64,000 nucleotides of DNA from Malacoraja senta (GCA_038087875.1 CM075991.1:12464001-12528000), one strand, 5' to 3'; shown: positions 13,001 to 26,246, counted from the stretch's first letter. Notes: generated from the sequence alone by a model not told the origin. Made by a program: numbers and translations.

Positions 13001-16000
13001 GTTCAGCGTTACGCCTGGGAGGGTGCACTCCCTGCCCACCCCCTCTCCATGCTGCTCAGCGGCATCGTAGACGCTGCCGTCATGGGGGGGTCCGCCAACT
13101 ACGAGAAGGTGGGTCAGCACCGACATTGTGGGCCGAAGGGCCTCTCCTCTGCTGTCCTCCATGGCTACTTTACTTTAGACCTTGATACGGCTTGGAAACA
13201 GGCCCACAGGTGAGAGGGGAAAACACCTGGCCAAGGTGTGTTGGCATCTCGGGACAGGAGAGTTTGGTTTAGTGCAGAGATACAGCGCGGAAACAGGCCC
13301 TTCGGCCCAGCAGCTCCGTGCCAACCCACGATCACCTCGTACTATCCCTTAGATATATAGGCACAGTGTGCTGGAGTAACTCAGCGGGACGGGCAGCATC
13401 TCTGGAGAGAAGGGATGGGTGACATCTCGGGTCAAGACCCTTCTTCATACAGAGTCAGGGAAGAGGGAGATACAGAGATATGGAAGGGTAAGGTGTGAAA
13501 ACGAGAGATCAAAGGGGATAAGGTTCAAGGAAAATGTAGAATAGATCATAGTTAGCTCGGAGATGGTGTCAACAAAGCAAACGGAGATAAAATGTAATCA
13601 GGGGGACAGTCAACTAGTTGGAGAATTGGGGTGGGGGGAGGGATGGAGAGAGAGGGAAAGCAAGGGTTACTTGAAGTTAAGGGGCTGTCCCACTTGGGGC
13701 GACCTAATCCGTGAGTTCTGGCGAGTTTGCCCTCGACTCATACTCGCAGCATGGTCGACATGAGGTCGTAGGAGGTCTTTGTAATTCTCCTTCACGCTCG
13801 AGAGTGGTCCCCACGTACTCGAGGCCTCAGCTAGGTTGCGGCGATTTTTTCACATGTTGAAAAATGCCCGCCAGTAAAAAAAGGTCGCCATGGAAAAAAA
13901 ATCGCTGCTTTTTTTACTCGTAAGTTTAGTCGTAGTAGATCGGCACGTTAGTCGTAGGTAATCGAGGGTAGTCGAGGGTAGTCTTCGTCATAGTAGAAGG
14001 AGATCGAAGGAGGTCGTCTTCACTCTCCATTATTCGGTGTCCAATTTTCCCGAAGTTAGTCGTAGCTGGTCTTCAACATAGTGGAAGGTCTTCAACATAG
14101 TGGAAGGAGGTCTTCAACATGGCTTTTTTTTCAAACTCTCCTAAACTCTTCTAAACTCGCCAATTAGGTCACCCAAGTGGGACAGCCCCTATAGAGGAAT
14201 CAATATTCATACCGCTGGGGTGTAAGCTGCCCGAGTGAAATATGAGGTGGGGTTCGGCCAGTTTACAGGAGGGACAATCTACCTACAAACGGCCTGGTCT
14301 TTCATGGCGTTGTTATCCATCGTTTCTCAGGCCTTCTTCAGTACGAAGTATATCCAGCAACATCCTGAAGACCAGCACAACATCGACACCCTGAAGGAAC
14401 TCATCGCCCTACAGGTGGGTCGCCATCTCCCACCATTCAGGCTGGTTTAGAATCGAGTTACTTTACCTCAGGCTTCAGAGATCCAGCGCGGAAACAGGCC
14501 CTTCGGCCCACGGAGTCCGCCCTGATCACCCCTGCACACTAACCACTATCCTACACACACTAGGGACAATGTTACCATTTTTACGGAAGTCAATTAACCT
14601 GCGAACCCGCACGTCTTTGGAGCGTGGGAGGGAACCGGAGCGCCCGGACAAAACCCACGCAGGTCACGGGGAGAACGTGCAAACTCCGTACAGACAGCAT
14701 TGAACCCGGGTCTCCGGCACTGCATTCGCTGTAAGGCAGCAACTCTACCGCTGCGTCATCGTGACCACCCTGGTGAATCTGTGGAATTCTTTGCCACAGG
14801 CGGATGTGGAGGCCAAGTATGTGGATATTTTTAAGGCAGAGATGGATAGATTCTTGATTAGTACGGGTGTCAGGGGTTATGGGGAGAAGGTTGGAGAATG
14901 GGGTTGGGAGGGAGAGATAGATCAGCCATGATTGAATGGCGGAGTAGACTTGATGGGCCGAATGGCCTAATTCTGCCCCTATCACATGATGTTATGACCT
15001 GATGTGTGAGGAGGGTTGGCCCTTGTTGACGTGTGTGTGTGTCTCTCCTTTCCCAGATCCCACTGTTAGCCGAGGGAATCCGGATTCACGGAGAGAAGGC
15101 TACTGTGGAGCTGAGACCTCTACACGATTGGATCGTGTCCTGCTTCAGGGAGCTGAAGGAGAAAGTTCAGAAGCTGTACGGGGTCATCACCTTGGTGAGT
15201 GGCTGGTACTGTTGCTGTGCCCAGGAATCGGTGTCTCTGCAGCCTCTTCCTACTCTGGGAGCAAGACGGAATGTGTAGGAAGGTCGACACAAACAGCTGG
15301 AGTAACTCAGCGGGACAGGCAGCGTCTCTGGAGAGAAGGAATGGGTGACGTTTCTGGTCGAGACCCTTCCCCTTGTCTCCACAGATGCTGCCTGACCCAC
15401 ACACTGAGTTACTCCAGCACTCTGTGTCTATCTGACCGCTGCATTGGCCACAGTTGAAGACTCACTGCTCTGGGCCTCTATAAGGCGCTGGTCAAACCAC
15501 ATTGAAAGCCCCGTGAGTATCTCTGGGCCCCATATCTGAGGAGGGATGTGCTGGCTCTGGACAGGGTCCAGAGGAGGTTTACAACAACAATCCCAGGAAT
15601 GAGTGGGTTAACATATGATGAGTGTTTGTCAGCGCTGGGCCTGGACTTGCTGGAGTTCGGAAGGATCAGGGGGGACCTCATTGGAACGTACAGAATAGTG
15701 AAAGGGCCGATAGAGTGGATGTGGAGAGGATGTCTCCACTCGTGGGAGAGTCTTTGGTTTGGTTTGTGTTTCGGGTTCTGCGGCATCTGCAGCGTCTTGC
15801 TCCCATGGACTGACCGCTCGCCGCTGCCTCCACAGCCGCCGGCCCTGACCGACAGGAAGCGGAGCCGCTCGGGATCGGTCATCCTCCCCTACATCATGTC
15901 GTCCACCCTGCGCCGAATGTCCACCGTCTCACTCATGTCCACCTCGTCCACTTCCTCCGACAGCAACCACTCACGCCCACACTCCAACGGGTAAGGTCAC

Positions 16001-19000
16001 CACCCCCATCCCCCTCCCCACCCCTCCCTCCCATCCCCCTCCCCACCCCTCCTTCCCCCTCCCCTCCCCCTCCTCCTCCCCTCCCTCCTCCTCCCCACCC
16101 CCTCTCCCTCCCCACCCCCTCTCCCTCCCCACCCCCCTCCCCCTCCCCACCCCCTCTCCGCCCCCCCCACCCCCTCCCACCACCCTCCCCACCCCCCCAT
16201 CCCCCTCTCCTCCCCCTCCCCACCCCCTGAATGGAGAGAGACAGAGAGAGGGGGAGAAAGAGGGAGGGGGGATGTGGGATGAGGGGGGGTGAATGGAGAG
16301 AGAGTACGTTCTCCTTGTGACTATGGGTTTCCTCCCACACCCCAAAGCCGCGTGCGTGCGTGCGTGTGCGTGTGCGTGTGCGTGTGCGTGCGTGCTTGCG
16401 TGCGCGCACGTGTGTGCGTGTGTGTGCGTGTGTGTGCGTATGTGTGCGTGCGTGTGAGTGCGTGCGCGCGTGTGCGTGTGTGGTGTGCGTGCGTGTGCGT
16501 GCGTGTGTGCGTGCGGTGTGTGCGTGTGTGTGCGTGCGGTGTGTGCGGTGCGTGTGTGTGCGTGTGTGTGCGCGTGCGTGTGCGTGTGCATGTGTGTGTG
16601 CGTGCGTGTGTGCGTGCGTGCGTGTGCGTGTGTGTGCGTGCGTGTGTGTGCGCGTGTGTGTGCGTGCGTGTGCGCGCGTGCGTGTGTGTGCGTGCATGTG
16701 TGTGCATGTGTGTGTGCGTGTGTGCGTGTGTGTGTGCGCGCGTGTGCGTGTGTGTGTGTGCGTGCGTGTGCGTGCGTGTGTGTGCGCGTGCGTGTGCGTG
16801 CGTGTGTGTGCGTGCGTGTGTGTGCGTGCGTGTGCATGCGTGCGTGTGTGCGCGTGTGTGTGCGTGCGTGTGTGTGCGTGCGTGTGTGTGCGTGCGTGTG
16901 CGTGCGTGTGCGTGCGTGCGTGTGCGTGCGTGTGTGTGCGCGTGCGTGTGCGTGCGTGTGTGTGCGTGCGTGTGTGTGCGTGCGTGCGTGTGTGTGCGCG
17001 TGTGTGTGCGTGCGTGTGTGTGCGTGCGTGTGCGTGCGTGCGTGTGTGTGCGTGCGTGCGTGTGACGGGGATCGCTGGTCAGTACGGGCACTGTGGGATG
17101 AAGGGCCTGTTTCCGCGCTGTGTCCCTGAAGGCTGACGTTACGGTGATGTTGTGCTGGCAGCTCAGTGCTGGACCCTCTGGTGGAGCGGAGACCACTGAC
17201 ACTGTGCCGGCCGGAGGAGCAGCTGGACAGGGAGGAGCTTGACCGGCGAGGGAGCACGGCCAGACACAAGGACAAGAACCTGACCAAGTCCCAGGTTATC
17301 TTCGAGAGCGAGGCCAGGAGTGAGCGGTCCCTCAGCAAGGTCGACTTCACGGAGACGGTGAGTACTGTAGCTCCCAGTGTAGATGGATGTCCCAGAGGCA
17401 TGGAGCAGGAGTAGGCCATTCGGCCCTTCGAGCCAGCACCGCCATTCACTGTGATCATGGCTGATCATCCCCAATCAGTACCCCGTTCCTGCCTTCTCCC
17501 CATATCCCCTGACTCCGCTATCTTTAAGAGCCCTATCTAGCTCTCTCTTGAAAGCATCCAGAGAACCTGCCTCCACCGCCCTCTGAGGCAGAGAATTCCA
17601 CAGACCGAATGCTTCTATCCCTAATGACCCCCCCTTTCGACTACTAACGACTGTTTCTCTTTGCCAGGTGCCGCCCAGAGGCCACAGCGACCTAAGAGTC
17701 TACAGTTTGGTGACAAGCGCCTGCCTTCGTTGCAGGTCTCCGCCAGCTACCACACTGTGGAACACCACCCAGCAGCAGGAGCCTGAGTATGTACAGACCC
17801 CCTCGTACCAGACACCCCCACCCCCACAATCAGTCCTCTGCTCCTTCACCACATTTACATCAGAGATACAGCGTGGAAACAGGCCCTTCGGCCCATCGAG
17901 TCCATTCTGACCAGCGATCCCCGCACACTAACACAACCCTACACACACTAGGGACAATTTACATTTACACCGAGCCAATTAACCTACAAACCTGCACGTC
18001 TTTGGAGTGTGGGAGAAAACCGGAGCACCCGGAGAAAACCCACGCAGGACGCCGGGAGAACGTGCAAACTCCGTACAGACAGCACCCGTAGTCAGGATTG
18101 AACCGTGTCCCTGGCGCTGTGAGGCAGCAGTTCTACCCGCTGCTCCACCCCAGCCTTTTCTCTGCCCAAACTTCCATCCAATTATCACCAGAACCCTTTT
18201 ACAAACGGCCAGATGCCTCTTTAGATCCAAGCCCAGCTCTGAAGAAGGGTCTCAACCAGAACAATGATGCAGGGATCATGTTCCCGATGTTGGAGGAGTC
18301 CAGAACCAGGGGTCACACAGTTTAAGAATAAGGGGTCGGCCATTTAGGACTGAGATGAGGAAAAACGTTTTCACCCAGAGAGTTGTGAATCTGTGGAATT
18401 CTCTGCCACAGAAGGCAGTGGAGGCCGATTCACTGGATGTTTTCAGAGCGGGTTAGATTTAGCTCTCAGGGCTAATGGAATCAAGGGATATGGGGGAAAA
18501 GCAGGAACGGGGTACTGATTGTGGATGATCAGCCATGATCATCATATTGAATGGCGGTGCTGGCTCAAAGGGCCGAATGGCCTCCTCCACCTATTTTCTA
18601 TGTTCTATGAGACCCTTCTTCAGACTGGTTAGGGATAAGGGAAACGAGAGATATAGACGGTGATGTGGAGAGATAAAGAACAATGAATGAAAGATATGCA
18701 AAAAAGTCACGATGAGAAAGGAAACTGGCCATTGGTAGCTGTTTGTTGGGTGAGAACGAGAAGCTGGTGCGACTTGGGAGGGGGAGGGGTGGAGAGAGAG
18801 AGGGAATGCCGGGGTTATTTGAAGTTAGATACATCAATGATCAAACAGCTGGGGTGTTATGTCTGCCGTAGGTCCTTTATAGAATCTTTCTTCCCCCCCC
18901 CCAGGTCAGCTGCTGCTGCAGACGGACTCCGTGATGTCCGCCAGCCCTGGACACGCCTCCACACCTCCACCAACCCCCCCCAAGAGCAAGCCGTGCGAGA

Positions 19001-20735
19001 ACGGCAGCCAGAGGCACTCGCTGCAGGTAACACATCGACCGGGAGCTCGGCTGCACCACTAGTGGCAGAATGTGTGGGAAGGAACTGCAGATGCTGCTTT
19101 ACACCGAAGATAGACACAAAGTGCTGGAGTAACTCAGCTGGACAGGCACCATCTCTGGAGAGAAGGAATGGGTGATGTTTCGGGCCAACCCGAAACGTCA
19201 CCACATCTGGAGTATTGGGTACAGTTTTTGTCTCCTAATTTGAGGAAGGACATCCTTGTGATTGAGGCAGTGCAGCGTAGGGTTCACGAGATTGATCCCT
19301 GGGATGGCGGGACTGTCATATGAGGAAAGATTGAAAAGACTAGGCTTTTATTCACTGGAGTTTAGAAGGATGAGGGGGGATCTTATAGAAACATATAAAA
19401 TTATAAAAGGACTGGACAAGCTAGATGCAGGAAAGATGTTCCCAATGTTGGGCGAGTCCAGAACCAGGCCCCAGTCTTAGAATAAAGGGGAGGCCATTTA
19501 AGACTGAGGTGAGAAAAAAAAATTTCACCCAGAGAGTTGTGAATTTGTGGAATTCCCTGCCACAGAGGGCAGTGGAGGCCAAGTCACTGGATGGATTTAA
19601 GAGAGAGTTAGATAGAGCTCTAGGGGCTAGTGGAGTCAAGGGATATGGGGAGAAGGCAGGCACGGGTTATTGATTGGGGACGATCAGCCATGATCACAAT
19701 GAATGGCGGTGCTGGCTCGAAGGGCCGAATGGCCTCCTCCTGCACCTATTTTCTATGTTTCTATGTCACCTATCCATGTTCTCCACAGATGCTGCCTGAC
19801 CCGCTGAGTTACTCAAGCACTCTAAACGATGGAACCTTTGTGCAAAGTCCATATTAGTTTGGTGCTGAGCTAGGGTTGTGGTTGGTCTTGTGCAGGGTGG
19901 TTCAGGAGCCTGATGGTTGTTGGGAAGAAGCTGTTCTTGAACCTGGAGGTGACGGTTCTCAAGCTCCTGAACCTTCTTCCCGATGGGGTGGTGAGAGAGA
20001 GCGTGGCCAGGGTGGTGTGGGTCAGTTCTTGATTAGTACGGTTGTCACAGCTTACGGGAAAGGGAGATGAAATGACAGAGCAGATAAGATGGGCCGAATG
20101 GCCTTATTCTGCTCTGATGTGTCGTAGCCATTGATGATATTAGCTGCCTTCTTGAGCGACTCCTGTAGTGAGCATGTTAGTGTGGACAACACATCCAAGT
20201 TGGCGATATGCAGAGTACTGCCCTGCCCACTACAGATTCAGAAGATCTCTGCCTCAGAGGGCGGTGGAGGCCGGTTCTCTGGATGCTTTCAAGAGAGAGC
20301 TAGATAGGGCTCTTAAAGATAGTGGAGTCAGGGGATATGGGGAGAAGGCAGGAACGGGGTACTGATTGTGGATGATCAGCCATGATCACATTGAATGGCG
20401 GTGCTGGCTCGAAGGGCCAAATGGCCTACTCCTACACCTATTGTCTATTGATTCCTTTGATGGTGGGGTGGGGGGGGGGGGTTCAGTACTGTGATGGACC
20501 TTTGATGGTGGTGGGGGGGTGGGGGTCAGTACTGTGATGGGCCGGGCAGTGTCCACCACACACTCTGTGGTCTCCACTGTTCCTGTGTGTGTCTGTACTG
20601 AAGCAGGAAGTTGTGGTGAGAGTGGACACACACGGTGTTGCGTCCACACCCTCCCCCCGGCCCCCGCACCCACCTCCAAAGGCCCGACACTCTCACCCCA
20701 CCTCGCCCCAGCGCCACTGCCCGGCAGAGGAGTAG
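1043..20735 (+). CDS. DOCK5: Dedicator of cytokinesis 5 (Rac GEF), 3' part: 20 coding exons covering DHR-2 and the Pro-rich tail; 5' exons lie before the window
   Basis: AG/GT-bounded exons: 1043-1190, 3592-3677, 4105-4261, 4641-4681, 5940-6030, 6483-6602, 7165-7254, 7485-7588, 8466-8608, 9492-9573, 10622-10706, 11861-11947, 12932-13108, 14331-14414, 15057-15194, 15836-15990, 17162-17357, 17668-17786, 18905-19026, 20607-20735 (TAG 20733-20735). Translation includes [81 protein letters not shown] and PPPKARHS, which are DOCK5-type rather than DOCK1/2. It is adjacent to GNRH1/KCTD9. A few 1-nt indels are present (see findings). Confidence 0.95.
1541..2815. mobile_element. Non-autonomous DNA transposon (hAT-like TIRs) with a nested CR1 fragment
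   Basis: Perfect 17-bp TIR CAGAGCTGCCAAGTTAT / ATAACTTGGCAGCTCTG. 6-bp TSD CCAATG at 1535-1540 and 2816-2821. The uninterrupted host repeat is seen at ~9055-9090. Confidence 0.85.
5400..5805 (+). mobile_element. CR1 LINE fragment
   Basis: [20 protein letters not shown]...[13 protein letters not shown]. Confidence 0.75.
6209..6236 (+). ncRNA. Minimal type-I hammerhead ribozyme motif (PLE-associated)
   Basis: CTGAAGA-a-GGGTC-tc-GACCC-GAAA-C-GTC: catalytic boxes, stem II and a palindromic ACGT stem III. Confidence 0.6.
6620..7085. repeat. Degenerate (accgtgaccc..) minisatellite
   Basis: Recurrent caccgtgacc/caccatgacc units. Confidence 0.7.
7750..8440. repeat. GGACACT/GGGCTC minisatellite
   Basis: Tandem ggacactgggctc and ggacact units with higher-order blocks. 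Confidence 0.85.
8609..9491 (+). other. U12-type (minor spliceosome) GT-AG intron of DOCK5
   Basis: Donor GTATCCTTT at 8609. Branch point CCTTGAC at 9473-9479, 13 nt from the AG at 9490-9491. No strong polypyrimidine tract. The join C|AT keeps the frame ([12 protein letters not shown]). Confidence 0.9.
10022..10455 (+). mobile_element. CR1/HER1-like LINE 3' end
   Basis: [10 protein letters not shown]...[17 protein letters not shown]; the tail gggctgaagggcct is shared with the SINEs. Confidence 0.75.
10710..10838. repeat. 41-bp tandem repeat x3 at a DOCK5 donor site
   Basis: agacccgaccctggtactgcccgc..tctgccgttcact at 10710, 10751 and 10792. Confidence 0.85.
13360..14258 (-). mobile_element. 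Penelope-like element 3' fragment (GIY-YIG C-terminus plus terminal repeat)
   Basis: The minus strand at 14258-14195 reads [19 protein letters not shown], and 49510-49610 (+) reads EATHKLEEQHLIFCLSSL. Both resemble the end of a PLE endonuclease ORF, and the first continues into the ubiquitous ...gaagggtcttgaccc... terminal repeat. Confidence 0.6.
13680..14190. mobile_element. MITE, PIF/Harbinger-like
   Basis: ~28-bp TIR AGGGGCTGTCCCACTTGGG..GACCTAAT at both ends, with 3-bp flanks TTA/ATA. It interrupts a Penelope-like 3' fragment. Confidence 0.8.
16350..17063. repeat. (TG/CG)n alternating purine-pyrimidine microsatellite
   Basis: gtgcgtgtgt... for about 710 bp. Similar tracts at 21313-21810, 36190-36615, 37933-38250 and 43630-43980. 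Confidence 0.9.
19206..19765 (+). mobile_element. CR1 LINE 3' end
   Basis: [11 protein letters not shown]...[13 protein letters not shown] with a ttctatgt tail. Confidence 0.75.
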
Positions 20736-23700
20736 CTGGTCCCACCACCGGGTCACCACCTCCACCCCGGGTCGGGGGTCTGGGGGTCCGGGGTCAGGGA
20801 GATGGATGGTGGTCACAGAGTCCTGGAGATGACCACAGCAGGTCACAGTGGGCCAGAAGGTCACGAGCAGGTCCACAGGTGCCCTGGACGATGGGGTTGG
20901 CTGCAGGATCTGCCCTGGACAGAGGTCATGTGTCTCCTCGCGCCTCTGGACAATCGGGCACGGAACGAACCATTGGGATGGGAACAACTGCCTCCGGCCC
21001 ACCACTGACCAACTGCCCACCACTGACCAGTGGGGACCACAGCCCGCATGGACAAGTGGGCGGCAGCTCACTGCTCGGGCAAACCTCTGGCAGAGACGAG
21101 CCGGAGATGGACATGGCCGACACTGGCATCTGTGACTGGAGCGGGGACTTCCCTAACGTCACACACGGGCTAAAGCCCAACGTTACAACACAGCGCACAC
21201 GCACACGCACACGGCTCACTGGTCACCGTCACACAGTAAACACACACACACAATGCCGGGGAAATCCCCATAACACTGGATCACCGGGGCCTGGCAAAGT
21301 CCAACACTCACTGTGTGTGTGTGTGTGGGCATCTGTGTCTGTATGTGTGTGAATGTGCTTGTATGTGTGCATGCATGCGTGTGCTTACGTGTGTCTGTGC
21401 GTGTCTATGTACGTGTGCATGCCTATGTACGCGTGTGTGTGTGTGTGTATGCATGTATGCGTACTTGTGTGTGCGTGTCTATGTACATGTGTGATGTGTG
21501 TGCGTGTCTATATGTGTGTGCATGCATGTGTGTGCGTGCATGCATGTGTGTGTGCGTGTCTATGTACATGCGTGCATGTGTGTCTGTGCGTGCATGCATG
21601 TGTGCGTGCGTGTACGTGCATGCATGTGCGTACGTGTGTGTGTATATGTGTCTGTGCGTGTGTCTATGTACGTGTGTGTGTGTATGTGTCTATGTACGTG
21701 TGTGTGTGCGTGTGTCTATGTACGTGTGTGTGTGCGTGCGTGTCTGTGCGTGCATGCGTGTGTGCGTACGTGTCTGCGTGCGTGTGTCTATGTACGTGTC
21801 TGTGTGTGCGCTCTCTTCTACAAAGGAGTTGATGGATAATAATGCACTATTCATATTAAGTGCAAAAAGTGGGAAATTTGCATTAATTTAAGATAACATT
21901 TGAATACAAGAATATTGTGGAATGAGTGTAAATAATTCTATTGAACACGTATGTAACACGCGGTGCCTCTTGCGTGTCGTGGGATCGGGGATGGTCGGCG
22001 TGTGAGAGATTTTGAATAGAACCTGTCAAATCAGCGATGTGTTAGACTGATCACAGTACAGTACAGGAACAGGCCCTTCTGCCCACAATGTCCGTGCTGA
22101 GTTATACTAATCCCCTGTCCCTCCATTCACTACATATCCATGAGCCCATCTAGAAGCCTCTTAAACACCACTATCGAACCTGCCTCCACCACCACCCCTG
22201 GCAATGTGTTCCAGGCACCCACCGCCCTCTGTGTAAAAAACCTGCCCCGTACATCTCCTTTAAACCTTGCCCCCCTCACCTTACAGCTATTCCCTCTAGT
22301 CTCTGGGAAATAAGGTTCTGACTGTCTACACTATCTATACCCCTCATCATTTGTACACCTCCCTTCAACCTCCGACACTCCAGAGAAACATGTCCTTGTA
22401 TCTACCACCCTCCAACCTAGGCAGATTCTTCACCGTCTCCAAAGCCCCCACATCCTTCCTGTAATGGGGGTGACCAGAACTGCACGAATACTCCACATGC
22501 CCGACTAATGTCCTATAAACCTGCATCGTGACTGACTGAAGACAGACACAAAATGCTGGAGTAACTCAGCGGGACAGGCAGCATCTCTGGACACTGTGCT
22601 TGTGTGTGTGTGTGTGTGATCTCTTCTACAAAGGAGATATGGTCCTGACCCGAAACATCACCCATTCCTTCTCTCCAGAGATGCTGCCTGTCCCGCTGAG
22701 TTACTCCAGCATTTTGTGTCTATCTTCGGTTTAAACCAGCATCTGCAGTTCCTCCCCACACACCTCGACATTGATTCTTTATCTCAAATTATCTTCTCTT
22801 TGGGAGAGTTAGCACTGAGTAAACAGGTGACAGGTCACGATCACACCTCCACCACCACCCCTGGCAGCATGTACAGGCACCCACCACCCTCAGTATAGGC
22901 AGAGTGTTTGCACAGTCCCCTGCTCTGGCCCCCACCATGTTTACTGGCAGGTCCCTCTCCATGGTCCCTGCTGTAACACAGGAAACCCAGACAATGAAAC
23001 ACACACTGGTTTAATTTATCCCTGCTGACTATAATCCAAAACACAAACCCTTTTTCACACAGAGGGTGGTGGGTGTATGGAACAAGCTGCCAGAGGAGGT
23101 AGTTGAGGCAGGGGACTATCCCAACGTTTAAGAAACAGTTAGACAGGTACATGGTTAGGACAGGTTTGGAGGGATATGGACCAAGCGCAGGCAGGTGGGA
23201 CTAGTGTAGCTGGGACATGTTGGTCAGTGTGGGCGAGTTGTTTCCGCACTGTATCACTCTGTGATTCTGGGATGTAGAGGGAAGCTGGAATACTGACCAA
23301 TGATTCTGACCCACACACTCAGTTTACATTCACCCCCCCCCCCACAATTACGAGCTTTAGACTGGGATTAATTCCCCCCCCCCCCCCCTAGCTGACCCTG
23401 AGGCACCAGGCAGGGGTGCAGGAGGACACAGCACGGGTGCAATCAATGGTGAATGTTAGAAGCATAGAAACATAGAAAACATGTGCAGGAGTAGGCCATT
23501 CGGCCCTTCGAGCCAGCACCGCCATTCAATGTGATCATGGCTGATCATCCACAATCAGTACCACCGTTCCTGCCTTCTCCCCATATCCCTTGATTCCGTT
23601 AGCCCTGAGAGCTAAATCTAACTCTCTTGAAGACATCTAGTGAATCGGCCTCCACTGCCTTCTGTGGCAGAGAATTCCACAGATTCACAACTCTGTGTGA

Positions 23701-25225
23701 AAACGTTTTTCCCAATCTCAGTCCTAAATGGCCGACCCCTTATTCTTACTGTGGCCCCTGGTTCTGGACTCCCCCAACATGGGGAACATTTTTCCTGCAT
23801 TAAGCCTGTCCAATCCCTTAAGAATTGTATATGTTGCTGTAAGATCTGCAGTCTACCCATTTTGCAGTTGGAGCAGACACGAGCCTTGGAGGAATAGCCA
23901 GACTTGGCCCGGACAGGAAGGTCTTGCCTTAGCCCCAACACTCTGACATTGCTGGGAATCAGTCACATCCACGTCCATCCACACACATAATGTTTCCTAA
24001 CCACAGGAGAGGTGGGTTTGGAATGGCTCGATAACTAATCTAGCCCGGGAGCCAGCCCAGCAAAGATCAGTTTAGCTTAGAGATACAGCGTAGAAACAGG
24101 CCCTTCAGCCCACCGAGTCTGTGCCGACCAGCGATCACCCCGTAACGCACTATCCTACACACCAGGGACAATTTACAGAAGTTAATTAACGTACAAACCT
24201 GCACGTCTTTGGAGTGTGGGAGGAAACCAGAGCACCCGGAGAAAACCCACATGGTCACGGAGAGAAGGTACAAACTCCGTACAGACAGCTCCCATGGCCA
24301 GGATCGAACCCGTGTCCCTGGCCCTGTGAGGCAGCAGCTCTACCCGCTGCGCCACCATGCAGACAAAGATATCGCTGTTGTCTCTGCGTTGAGATGGGCG
24401 GCACGGTACCGCAGCGGGTAGAGCTGCTGCCTCACAGGGCCGGGCACCCGGGTTCCATCCCAGCCTCAAGTGCTGTCAGCGTGGAGTTTGCATGCCCTCC
24501 CTGTGACTGCACAGGAACAGGCCCTTCGGCCCACAATGTCTGTGCTGAACATGATGCCAAGACCATCTCCTATCTGCCTGCACGTTAACTCGTCACAGGA
24601 AGAAGCAGGCACAACTATTCCAAGTGTATGTATCGCTGACACACAGTGGGGGGACGATCGGGGTCGTTATCTTGGTGTGAGACGCCGGACGCAGGTCAGG
24701 TCTGGGCAACCACTTCACGTACAGTCGAACCAGGCTCCAGCTCAAAGCCTCACAAAACAAAACAAAATTACAAGAACAATACCACAGATGCTGGAAATCT
24801 GAGCTCAAGATTAAACATCGCTGCAGACTCAGCTGGTCAGGCAGAATCTGCGGGGTTAATATTTCGAGTGAGACGTTGACGCCTTTAACTTTGTGCTGGC
24901 AAAGTCTCTGACATGAAACATGCCTCTGTTTGTCTCTCCGTAGATGCTGCCCGACCCACGGGGTCATTCCAGCATTTTCTGTTTTCTCTTTAAATTAAGG
25001 CCACGTGTCAAACGCTAGAGGGGGGGGGGGGGGGGCACTTTCAAAATGTTCGGCAAAGCTTTAAAATCTTCCTGACAGAAATGGGAATCTTTAGAAACTC
25101 AACCAGCCAACACTCTGGAAAAATTACATAGCTGCTCAAATATGCGATTCAGAAAAATAAACTTACAAATTGTTTAACTCTTAACATGCACTTGGTGTAA
25201 AGTTTGTAAATATACTGATTTTTAC

Positions 25226-25231
25226 AATAAA
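25226..25231 (+). terminator. Candidate DOCK5 polyadenylation signal (second AATAAA at 25156-25161)
   Basis: AATAAA within a non-repetitive AT-rich stretch resembling a 3' UTR end (tgtaaatatactgatttttacAATAAAtgc). Position is inferred, with no transcript data. Confidence 0.4.
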
Positions 25232-26246
25232 TGCAACAGTTGAAGTGAGCGAGCTTGTATTGGTCGCAGCTGAGGTGAAGCTTGTACTTTGATTACATCC
25301 GGATCCATTTATTGTTAGTGAGTGGGATGATTCTACCAGCTGGGGCCTGTTTGGGGTGAGGTTGTTCTGTAGAAACGATACAGTGAGGGGTTTAAACTGA
25401 AGATGGACACAGAGTGCTGGAGTAACTCAGTGGGTCAACCTATCCATGTTCTCCACAGATGCTGCCCGACCTGCTGAGTTACTCCAGCACTGTGTCTGTG
25501 AAACGTCACCTATCCATGTTCTCCACAGATGCTGCCTGACCCACTGAGTTACTCCAGCACTGTGTCTGTGAAACGTCACCTATCCATGTTCTCCACAGAT
25601 GCTGCCTGACCCGCTGAGTTACTCCAGCACTCTGTGAAACGTCACCTATCCATGTTCTCCACAGATGCTGCCTGTGGCAGGGAATTCCACAAATTCACAA
25701 CTCTCTGGGTGAAACATTTTTTCTCACCTCAGTCTTAAATGACCTCCCCTTTATTCTAAGACTGTGGCCCCTGGTTCTGGATGCCGAACATAGGAACATT
25801 CTTCCTGCATCCAGCTTGTCCAGTCCTTTTATAATATTTATGTTTCTATAAGATCCCCCTCATCCTTCTAAACTCCAGTGAATACAAGCCCAGTCTTTTC
25901 AATCTTTCCTCATATGACAGTCCCGCCATCCCAGGGATCAATCTCATGAACCTACGCTGCACTGCCTCAAATTAGGAGACCAAAACTGTACGCAATACTC
26001 CAGATGTGGTCTCACCAGAGCCCTATACAACTGCAGAAGAACCTCTCTACTCCTGTACTGAAATCCTCTTGTTATGAAGGCGCTGTGAGGCAGCAGCTCC
26101 ACCCGCTGCACCACCTTGCCGCCCCTGTACCTCAGTACACGTGACAATAAACGAAAGAGTGTGCAGCCAATGAACCTTGTCCCCAGTCACATTGTGTGTG
26201 AACAGATTAAAAACCAACACAGCCTTGTGTCAGCTACCAACAGTGT

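Noticed and set aside
1043..20735. DOCK5 as a pseudogene
   Set aside because: The defects are 1-nt indels, mostly in homopolymers, with intact splice sites and strong conservation, and KCTD9 shows the same error type. Read data are needed for certainty.
21020..21040. Second HWS motif on the minus strand (PHWSVVGSWS) as a tandem GnRH copy
   Set aside because: No Gln1, no PG-GKR, no signal peptide or splice context; it lies in the DOCK5 3' UTR.
20519..21352. 277-aa ORF overlapping the last DOCK5 exon
   Set aside because: The frame set by the acceptor at 20606 gives the conserved PPPKAR motif and stops at 20735. The long ORF is another frame in GC-rich sequence.
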